Of a DNA stretch of 63,145 bases, positions 37,503-44,999 are shown one piece after another. The stretch covers positions 1-63,145 of the forward strand of contig CAYSFB010000012.1 in NCBI GenBank assembly GCA_964430735.1, read 5' to 3'. The notes below the pieces were generated by a model. That model saw nothing but the letters and a program-made list of their open reading frames with translations, had not been told where the DNA came from and ran no database searches. This stretch comes from an uncultured Planctomycetia bacterium. Its GTDB lineage: Bacteria > Omnitrophota > Gorgyraeia > 2-02-FULL-51-18 > JAGOUK01. The translations under genes and the position numbers were made by a program. The first letter of the stretch is position 1; each line of letters begins with the position of its first letter.

Positions 37503-37578
37503 TGGAGCTGGTGGCCAGGATCGAACTGGCGACCTACAGTTTACGAAACTGTCGCTCTACCGACTGAGCTACACCAGC
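37503..37578 (-). tRNA. tRNA-Thr (anticodon CGU)
   Basis: 76 nt: GCTGGTGTAGCTCAGTCGGTAGAGCGACAGTTTCGTAAACTGTAGGTCGCCAGTTCGATCCTGGCCACCAGCTCCA. All four stems pair. CCA is encoded. Confidence 0.92.
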
Positions 37579-37656
37579 GAAAAATTCAAAAGGTCCGAAA
37601 CGAGGCGGTCATTCTACCCGGTTTGGAGGGTGCTGTAAATCCCGGAGGGACGGGGA

Positions 37657-39264
37657 TCATTCCCCTTCGTAGGGGTTCTGGATGCTGAACTTCTTGGACA
37701 ACGCCTCGAGCTCGCGCTCGTCCTCGTTGTTGGGCCCGTCGAGCGTGATGCGGCTGACGTGGTGGTAGAACTTGTTGAACGCCCAGTTGGTGGCGATGTC
37801 CTTGCCGCCCGGCTCGGCTTCGGCCAGCGACCGGGAAAAAATGAACTCCTTAAGCTCACCGTTGATTTCGCCGACGACACGGACCGAGAACTTGTCTTCA
37901 CCGGTGAATTTGCCGTAAATCACAAATTCCGTATCGCGGTAGAAGTCAGGAAGATCGCGCGGAAAACTTTCGTTTTCCTTCAGACCCGACAGCTGGTACT
38001 GGACATTGATCAAAAGCGGGTTGCGGATCTTGTCGTACAGCTCGGCGATGCGTTTTTTGATCTCGCTCGTCCGAAGCGCGTATTCCGACCAGCCGCGGTT
38101 CTGGTAAGCCAAAAAGTCGAGCAAATATCGGTTCACGCGCGCGCCGCCCGAAAACGCGAAGATGGACCTCGCCTTCCGGTTGATCCGTGCGATTTCGGTG
38201 ATGAGTCGTGTCGTCGAGGTCAGACCCTGCGTGGGGCGGCCGTCCGAAAGAAACACGATATAGGAAGGATTCATCGAAGAACGCTTTTGGATGCTTTCGA
38301 GAAAGGCTTCGTAGATATCCGTGCGCTCGCTGGGCTCCAGCTTGTTGAGCGCCCAGATCGTTTCCTTCACCGCTTCCTTCGTGGGTTCAACGGCCTTGGG
38401 AAACAGCGGCGTGATCTTGTCCTTAAACGTATAGATGTTGTAGCGGTCGCCGGGATTCAAGTTCGTCACCGCGTATTGGATGCCGCGGATGAACTGGTCG
38501 AGACGATCCTTTTTGATCGACAGTGACGCATCCATGAGGAAGATCACTTCTTTCGGCATCACCGGCAGCTTGTCGGCGTCCTTGCCTGGAGAAATCGAAA
38601 TCCGGTAATACTTCTCACCGTCCGCGGGATCTTCGTACCGGGCCACCTTGACCTGGATGAACTCGTCGATCATCCGCTGACCGGTCCCGTCGCCGGGCCC
38701 GAGACCGGAGAACATGCTGTACACCGGGTCCTGAACATTCGTCACTTGACGCGGCGTGAATGCGAACATGGTCTCGCCGAACGCGCCCGGCGTTTCGATC
38801 GAAGAATGCAGCGCCGGGGCCGGGGACGTCTGGTCGGCGATGACGTGCTGGGACGGAGCGCTCTTGGCGAGGATGCGCGGAGCGGAGGGAGCGTTTTCTT
38901 TGAGCAGTTTTTGAGGAACGTTCGGCCGGTAGGGTCCGGAACCGGCGACCAGGGTTTTCTTCTCATCGAAGGCCTTGTCAAAATTCGGGGCCTTCAGATC
39001 TTCCACCTGAACGGGCGCGATCGGCAGCGAGGCGCGCGACTTGGAATCGGGATCTGGATTTTTAAGGTTCTCGATGTAGCTCTGGACCAGCTTCGCTTTT
39101 TGCGTCGAATCGATCTTCACGGGACGCAGGTCGAACATTTTTTTGGTTTCGGTCACCAGGTGTTTGGCTCCCGGGAGGAACCAGAACAGCGAAAGACACA
39201 ACAACCCCGCGTGAATCGCGGCGGAGATCGCGAACGAAGACTGGGCCATCTGCTGACGTTTCAT
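37657..39264 (-). CDS. TonB-like N-terminal anchor fused to a VIT/VWA-domain periplasmic protein
   Basis: N-terminus SSFAISAAIHAGLLCLSLFWFL carries S-x3-H as in TonB TM (SVCIHGAVVAGLL). Pro/Lys-rich spacer. VWA MIDAS VIFLMDASLS and FLSDGRPTQG. Last gene of the ExbB-ExbD-TPR run. Confidence 0.72.
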   Translation of the reverse strand: MKRQQMAQSSFAISAAIHAGLLCLSLFWFLPGAKHLVTETKKMFDLRPVKIDSTQKAKLVQSYIENLKNPDPDSKSRASLPIAPVQVEDLKAPNFDKAFDEKKTLVAGSGPYRPNVPQKLLKENAPSAPRILAKSAPSQHVIADQTSPAPALHSSIETPGAFGETMFAFTPRQVTNVQDPVYSMFSGLGPGDGTGQRMIDEFIQVKVARYEDPADGEKYYRISISPGKDADKLPVMPKEVIFLMDASLSIKKDRLDQFIRGIQYAVTNLNPGDRYNIYTFKDKITPLFPKAVEPTKEAVKETIWALNKLEPSERTDIYEAFLESIQKRSSMNPSYIVFLSDGRPTQGLTSTTRLITEIARINRKARSIFAFSGGARVNRYLLDFLAYQNRGWSEYALRTSEIKKRIAELYDKIRNPLLINVQYQLSGLKENESFPRDLPDFYRDTEFVIYGKFTGEDKFSVRVVGEINGELKEFIFSRSLAEAEPGGKDIATNWAFNKFYHHVSRITLDGPNNEDERELEALSKKFSIQNPYEGE

Positions 39265-39269
39265 GGTTT

Positions 39270-41687
39270 TTATAAAATGGCTTTCAGGCGTTGGTTGGCT
39301 TCCTTCACCCGGGCGTGCTGCGGATAACGCTCCGCGAGCTCCTGGTAGGCTTGGGAAGCCTTTTCGGTGTCTTTGGCCTTTTCAAAGGCCTGTCCGGCGC
39401 CCCATAAAGCTTCGGGGACGGTTTCCGGATCGTCGTACAAGATCGCCACGGCAAAAAACGTCTTCGCCGCGTCTTTGTAATTTTTGGATTCCAGGTACAT
39501 GTTGCCGAGCTCCATCCGGACGCGCACCGACAACCGGTGGTCGTCGCCGGCCAACTTGAGCGCCTCTTCGAGCGCCTCCTCCGCGGCGGGTCCGTTCCCC
39601 TGCTTGGCGAGCGTGAGCCCCTTACCGAGCGCAGCGCGCGCGGACAAATCCCCGTCGGCCGCGAGGACGCGGTCATACCCAGCCAGCGCTTCCGCGAGAC
39701 GGCCCGACAAACGGTCCGCTTCCGCGCGGTAGTAGGCGGTCTCGGCCGGGCGGGCATCCGCACCGAATTTTTTTTCAAAAAGCCGGATGGTTTCCTCGAG
39801 CTTGGCCGCGGATCCCGAATGGGCGAACACATCGGCCGTCCACAAGTACGCTTCGGCGTCGCCGGCGTAGACCGGGTAATGACGAAACAGTTTCAGATAC
39901 ACCTGCGCGGCGCTCGGATAGCGGCTCAGCGTGACGTATCCGAACGCGCGGTTCTTGAGCAGTTCCGCGTAACGTTCCGCCGGCAAGTCCTTGGCCGAAA
40001 TCTTCAGATAGATCTTGAGGGCCGCGCGGGTGTCGCCCGAGCGCTGGGCGTTGGCGGCCCGCAGCATTTCGATTTCTTTGGGATTCACCGCGCCGGCAAA
40101 ACGGCGCACGTGGTTGTCGTAGGTTTCGGCGGCCAGGTCGTAACGCCCTGATTCTGTGTAAAGGCCGGCCATCCGCAAATGCACTTTTTGCGACTCAGGA
40201 CCTTCCGGGTACCGGTCCAAAAAGCGCTGGGAATCCTCGATCGCCTTCGCATAATCCTTGAGCTTGATCTCGGCGAGGATCAGGTCCGAAAACGCCTTGG
40301 GCGCCAGCTCCGCCGCCGGATACGCGGCCAAAAACGCGCGGAATGCTTCGGCGGCGGGCTTAAAAGCGCCGGTCTCCGAATGCAGGTACGCGCGCGCGAG
40401 CATCGCCTCGTCGCGGAAACCCGAAGACGTTTGGGCGGTGATTTTTTCGTATTCGGCGAGCGCCTCGTCCTTGCGGCCGAGCTTGCGGAACGCTTCGGCG
40501 CGCAGAAAAAGAATTTCGTCCGGAGCCAGATTTTTTTGCGCATCTTCGGAGGACAAAAACGCAAGCGCTTCTTCCGCCTGGCCTTGGGCGATCATGTTCT
40601 GCGCGACGCCGAGCTTGGCGGCCTTGGTCTCTTCAGGCTTGAGCCCCTCGGCTTTCATCACTTCGCGGTACACGCCCTGGGCGGCGTCCTTCTGCCCGCT
40701 GCGCGAGAGTCCTTTGGCGGCCAGCAGTTTGAACTCGACCTGCTTTTGCGGATCCTTCACCCGGTCCCGGTAGGCTTCGGACGCCTGCGCGAGCTCTTCG
40801 AAGCGCTCCGCGTTGACCAGCGAATTCATGTAATTCAGGATCGCGTCTTCGGCGACCGATTCATCGGCACCGGGCTTGGCCGCGCGCTTGAAATAGCCCG
40901 CCGCTTCGACGTGCTGCTCCAGCGCCGCGAGCGCCTTGCCGCTTCCCATCCAAGCCATCTGGCGCATGCCTGTGTCGTTGGTCTTCGATGCTTCGGCGAA
41001 CAGCCGCGCCGCCTCTTCGGGCATCTCCTGCGCCAGCAGGACTTCGCCGAGGTAATAACGAGCAAAAGGTTTGTAAGGTCCCGCGGCCGGCGCGTCGATG
41101 ACCTCGCGGAAATGCGTCGCCGCCGCGTTCATGTAGCCCTGGTCGAAGCTGATTTTGCCTTCGTAGTAACGCGCGGCGGTTCGCACCGTCTCGTCCTTCG
41201 CGGCGCGAAGTCCGTGAAACACCGTAAAGGCTTCCTGCTTCTCATCCTCATACAGAAGCGTCTCGCCGATGCGGAGCTTTGCCTTGTCGGCTTCGGGGGA
41301 CTCGGGGTTCCGGTCCGCAAACGTCACGAACCGTTCGCGCGCTTCCGGATACCGCTTGAGAAAAAACAGCGACTCGCCGGAGCCGAGCAGCGCCTCGGCC
41401 GCCGCATCCTTGGCGGCCGCGTCCTTGAGGATGGAATCGTATTCTTCCAGCGCCATGTCGTACATGTCGCGCGCGTATAGACCCTTGGCAAAATCCAGGC
41501 GGCCGCGAAGCGTTTTGCCCGCGGCGGGAGCGGAAGCGGCCGGAGCCGCTATCGTTGCGGCGGCCGGCGCCTGGGTGGATTCGGCCGGCGGGGCCGGGGC
41601 AACGGCTTTCACAGCGTCTTCGGCGGCGGACACGGATGTCCAAGCCGCCAGCAACCACACCGTCAAGGCCGTCGGTCGGTTCATCAT
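39270..41687 (-). CDS. Large periplasmic tetratricopeptide-repeat protein
   Basis: Signal peptide MMNRPTALTVWLLAAWTSVSAAED. 805 aa of repeated A..Y..G/A..A...F-type TPR units throughout. Confidence 0.85.
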   Translation of the reverse strand: MMNRPTALTVWLLAAWTSVSAAEDAVKAVAPAPPAESTQAPAAATIAAPAASAPAAGKTLRGRLDFAKGLYARDMYDMALEEYDSILKDAAAKDAAAEALLGSGESLFFLKRYPEARERFVTFADRNPESPEADKAKLRIGETLLYEDEKQEAFTVFHGLRAAKDETVRTAARYYEGKISFDQGYMNAAATHFREVIDAPAAGPYKPFARYYLGEVLLAQEMPEEAARLFAEASKTNDTGMRQMAWMGSGKALAALEQHVEAAGYFKRAAKPGADESVAEDAILNYMNSLVNAERFEELAQASEAYRDRVKDPQKQVEFKLLAAKGLSRSGQKDAAQGVYREVMKAEGLKPEETKAAKLGVAQNMIAQGQAEEALAFLSSEDAQKNLAPDEILFLRAEAFRKLGRKDEALAEYEKITAQTSSGFRDEAMLARAYLHSETGAFKPAAEAFRAFLAAYPAAELAPKAFSDLILAEIKLKDYAKAIEDSQRFLDRYPEGPESQKVHLRMAGLYTESGRYDLAAETYDNHVRRFAGAVNPKEIEMLRAANAQRSGDTRAALKIYLKISAKDLPAERYAELLKNRAFGYVTLSRYPSAAQVYLKLFRHYPVYAGDAEAYLWTADVFAHSGSAAKLEETIRLFEKKFGADARPAETAYYRAEADRLSGRLAEALAGYDRVLAADGDLSARAALGKGLTLAKQGNGPAAEEALEEALKLAGDDHRLSVRVRMELGNMYLESKNYKDAAKTFFAVAILYDDPETVPEALWGAGQAFEKAKDTEKASQAYQELAERYPQHARVKEANQRLKAIL

Positions 41688-41697
41688 CGGCGCAAAA

Positions 41698-42117
41698 CTA
41701 CCCTTCCTTCGAGGTCGAAAAGGCGATGTTCCAGATATTGGCCGCCGCGCAGGCGTCGAGCACCGAAACGACCGCCTCGTGATAGGTCCGCTTGTCCGCG
41801 CGGATGATCACCGGCTGGTTCGGATACAGCTGCGACAACTTGCCCAGCATCGTCTGGAGCTCGTCCTGCGACAGGCGTTTCCGGTTCACCACCACGCCGC
41901 CGTCCTGATTGACGTTGATGATGATTTCGCCGGCGGCGCGGGCGGCTTCCTGTCCCTTCTCGGCCTTGGGAACGTGGATGCCGAGCTCGGTCTCGCGCTG
42001 GTACAGAACCGAAATCGCCATGAAAAAAATCAGCGTGCAGAGCAGAATGTCGACCAGCGGCGCCAGCGGAATCTGGAGAGAGCCGGCCTGTTCGTTTTGG
42101 GGCGTCAGACGGATCAT
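41698..42117 (-). CDS. exbD: Biopolymer transport protein ExbD/TolR
   Basis: 139 aa: LAPLVDILLCTLIFFMAISV TM, then the periplasmic domain IIINVNQDGGVVVNRKRL...VIIRADKRTYHEAVVSVLDAC. Confidence 0.9.
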   Translation of the reverse strand: MIRLTPQNEQAGSLQIPLAPLVDILLCTLIFFMAISVLYQRETELGIHVPKAEKGQEAARAAGEIIINVNQDGGVVVNRKRLSQDELQTMLGKLSQLYPNQPVIIRADKRTYHEAVVSVLDACAAANIWNIAFSTSKEG

Positions 42118-42917
42118 CGGAACATTTTCTCCGACTCTTCCTGGGGAAGCGCGCTCAAGGTCTCGGTCGTGAAGGCCTCGACCGAATTCGTGATGATCTG
42201 CACGCGGGTGCGGAACACGGTGTAAAACGCCATCGCGGTGATCGCGATGATGAGGCCCGCCGCGGTGCAGATGAGCGCCTTGGACACGCCGCCGGCGACG
42301 ACAAGCGGACTCACCATCACGGATTTGAGCGCGAAGGTGTTGAATGCTTCGATCATGCCCATGACGGTGCCGGCCAGGCCGAGCATCGGGGCGATGGTCG
42401 TGATGTCCGAGAGGTAGTTCACCGTCTGCCAGAGGCCGAGCACCTGCTTGCGGGCGGCCAGTTCCACGGAGTCACGCGCGACGCGCGGTCCGCGCTCGAG
42501 CTTGTCGAGGCCGGCGAGCGTGATCGACGCCATCAGACTGTCATTCTCGAGGCACATCTGACGCGCTTTGCCGTACTTTCGCTCGGCGACGTTGCGGACG
42601 AGTTCGTGGCTGAATTCCTCCGGGACGAGCTTCGCGGGCTGCAGGCGCATCCACGCGTAGACGATAAGCGCGACGGTCAGGATCGAGACGATCCCGAGCA
42701 CCGCCATCATAATGCCGCCCGATTCCAGGACCTGCCACAGCGTCGTGCCCGAGCCGGCTTCGCCGCCCTGCGCGATCGCCTTGAGCGAACCGGGTTTGCC
42801 CTGGCTGGCCATGTTCCAGACGATGAGCACGAGCGCCAGCGCGCCCAGCGCCGCGGCGAACCAGATTGCCGCCGTGCGGACTGAATTTTTCTGTCCCGAT
42901 TCGAGGATTCCAGCCAT
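42114..42917 (-). CDS. exbB: MotA/TolQ/ExbB proton-channel protein
   Basis: Start at ATG 42917 (AAGGAGA upstream). Conserved C-terminal half ITTIAPMLGLAGTVMGMIEAF...ALICTAAGLIIAITAMAFY. ATGA-type overlap with exbD. Confidence 0.9.
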   Translation of the reverse strand: MAGILESGQKNSVRTAAIWFAAALGALALVLIVWNMASQGKPGSLKAIAQGGEAGSGTTLWQVLESGGIMMAVLGIVSILTVALIVYAWMRLQPAKLVPEEFSHELVRNVAERKYGKARQMCLENDSLMASITLAGLDKLERGPRVARDSVELAARKQVLGLWQTVNYLSDITTIAPMLGLAGTVMGMIEAFNTFALKSVMVSPLVVAGGVSKALICTAAGLIIAITAMAFYTVFRTRVQIITNSVEAFTTETLSALPQEESEKMFR

Positions 42918-42959
42918 GGTGTTTACGTTCTCCTTGTGTCTTTGATCATGCACAGAACT

Positions 42960-43391
42960 TCAGGCCGGCGCGCCCTTCTCGAGATCGCCGGTCCAGGATC
43001 CGATCCCGCCCTCGAGCACCGAGCAGCGTTCGAATCCCTTATTTTTCATAAAAATGACCGCGTTCACGCTCACGTGATCCGAATCCGGGTAGCTGAAAAA
43101 AACCACTTCGTCGGATTTGGAAAAAAACTTTTCGGCCAGAAACGGGAGTTTTTTGAACGGAATATTGATCGACCCCGGAATGAACTCGCGCCGGTAATCG
43201 GCCTCGTTCCTGAGATCCACCCAGAAAAAACCGGCGGTTTTCGTGCCGCCCGCGGCGATGCGGTCCGCGAGCTCCCCAGCCCGCATGACCGCGCACTCTC
43301 CATATCCGCCCTGCGTCCCCAACGCCTGGCTTGCGAACAGAAACAAAATCGAAAAAACAACCAACGCGGACCCGGTCCCGAAACGGCTCAC
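42960..43391 (-). CDS. Rhodanese-homology domain protein (secreted, apparently non-catalytic)
   Basis: FWVDLRNEADYRREFIPGSINIP ... VVFFSYPDSDHVS ... VLEGGIGSW. The rhodanese fold pattern is present but there is no Cys in the active-site loop position. Confidence 0.7.
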   Translation of the reverse strand: MSRFGTGSALVVFSILFLFASQALGTQGGYGECAVMRAGELADRIAAGGTKTAGFFWVDLRNEADYRREFIPGSINIPFKKLPFLAEKFFSKSDEVVFFSYPDSDHVSVNAVIFMKNKGFERCSVLEGGIGSWTGDLEKGAPA

Positions 43392-43657
43392 TTGATGATC
43401 CGCCAGTCCATATCCTTAAAACGGTAAATCGGCTCACCGCCGCTACCGGGTCCAAAAACTTTAAGAAGCAGCATCAAAATGCCGATCGACACCAGCGCCG
43501 CGCCCATCAATTTGAAGATGAACGGCACCATCACGCGCGCGCCTTCCGAGGGCCTGCGGCCAAAGTCCGATAACGCCTTGTTTCCGGCCCATGCGAAGAT
43601 GGCCATGGGGCCGAACAGGCACAGGAGCATCACTAAAAGGACTAGAATTTTTTGCAT
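43388..43657 (-). CDS. Hypothetical 2-TM membrane protein (89 aa)
   Basis: MQKILVLLVMLLCLFGPMAIFAW ... FIFKLMGAALVSIGILMLLL. 4-nt overlap with the rhodanese gene. AT-rich divergent promoter region upstream. Confidence 0.5.
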   Translation of the reverse strand: MQKILVLLVMLLCLFGPMAIFAWAGNKALSDFGRRPSEGARVMVPFIFKLMGAALVSIGILMLLLKVFGPGSGGEPIYRFKDMDWRIIK

Positions 43658-43787
43658 CGGCGCGTGTTGTTTTTTCCGGTGGGCTATTATGTCACTTTTA
43701 AAAATTCACGCCAAGAAAAATCTAAATTTTGCACCATATCTGGGAAAGTATTGGTCTTTTTACGCAAAATATTGTATTTTTGACGCC

Positions 43788-44999
43788 ATGAGCCGGTTCA
43801 AGACCCCAGGTATTATCTTCCTATTGAGTCTTTTATCCTTACCTTTATTCACAGGTGTGGGCATAGCCGCCGACACCCCGTCTGACGAAGCCCGCCTCCG
43901 CCAGGTGTTGGACTGGGTATGGCGCACGATGGACAAGGAATACTATGAACCGGTCTCGCGGGAAATTTACGAAGACTATCTGCGCACCTATACCGTTCAA
44001 CAACTGAAGCGCTTGAACGATCAAAAACACCAAACCGAGGACTTCGTCCACCTGGGTGCCGGGCTGCTCGTTCAGAAGCTTAAAAAACCGACCGACCGCT
44101 TCTCGAATTTTGTGCCGCCGAAAAAGGCGGTGGAGTTCAAGCAGGATGCGTACGCGGCACGAACCGATCTGGGTTTGGAAGGTCGGGCGACTGACCGCGG
44201 CTACGAACTGACCCGAGTTCAAAAGCACAGCCAGGCCTTTGCCGAGTTGTTGCGAAGCGGAGATACGGTTCTGGCCGTTGACGGCAAACCGCTCGCGGGG
44301 CTGGATCTCGAGACCGTCCAGGGCCTCCTGAAGCCCGAGGTCGGAGCATCGGTACGGCTGAGCGTTTTTTTTGCGGCGACGGGCCGCAAGGGTGACGTCG
44401 TCCTGACCGCCGCGGATTATTTTACCGAGACGGTTCTGACGCCCGACAGCGGCATCCCCGGGATTTTCATCCTCCGGATCGACCACTTCAATCAGAAGAC
44501 CGGCCTGGACGCCGCCGAGGCGATCAACGCCTACGGATCACAGAACATCCGCCAGATCATCATCGACCTTCGCGAAAACAAAGGCGGACCTCCCCTGGCC
44601 ACGCGCGAAATCCTGGGCATGTTCACCCGTCCCGGAGATCCGCTCTTCATCATCGCGCGGCGCAACCGCCAACCGGCGCTGCTGTCGTCCGAAATGTCGG
44701 ACGCCCATTACCAGGGACCGGTCGTCATCCTCACCTCGGGCAAAACAGCCAGCGCCGCGGAAACGCTCGCCGGAGTTTTGAGAGAAAAACTCGGCGCCCG
44801 GATCGTCGGACAAAAAACTTTCGGCGCCTGCTATCTGAAAAGCATGTTCGACTACGAAGACGGGTCGACGATGCTGCTGGTGACGTCCAAAACATTTTTT
44901 CATAACCGCAAACCGGTTCCTGAAGAAGGAATTCAGCCGGATATCGTGATCCCCGAAGGCGCGGACACGCTCGCGGCGGTGCTCAAGGTTCTGGCGTGA
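43788..44999 (+). CDS. S41-family C-terminal processing peptidase (PDZ-containing)
   Basis: Start at ATG 43788 (MSRFKTPGIIFLLSLLSLPLFTGVGIAA signal peptide). PDZ-like GDTVLAVDGKPLAGL. IIIDLRENKGGP. Catalytic-Ser context VVILTSGKTASAAETLAGVL. Confidence 0.85.
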   Translation: MSRFKTPGIIFLLSLLSLPLFTGVGIAADTPSDEARLRQVLDWVWRTMDKEYYEPVSREIYEDYLRTYTVQQLKRLNDQKHQTEDFVHLGAGLLVQKLKKPTDRFSNFVPPKKAVEFKQDAYAARTDLGLEGRATDRGYELTRVQKHSQAFAELLRSGDTVLAVDGKPLAGLDLETVQGLLKPEVGASVRLSVFFAATGRKGDVVLTAADYFTETVLTPDSGIPGIFILRIDHFNQKTGLDAAEAINAYGSQNIRQIIIDLRENKGGPPLATREILGMFTRPGDPLFIIARRNRQPALLSSEMSDAHYQGPVVILTSGKTASAAETLAGVLREKLGARIVGQKTFGACYLKSMFDYEDGSTMLLVTSKTFFHNRKPVPEEGIQPDIVIPEGADTLAAVLKVLA

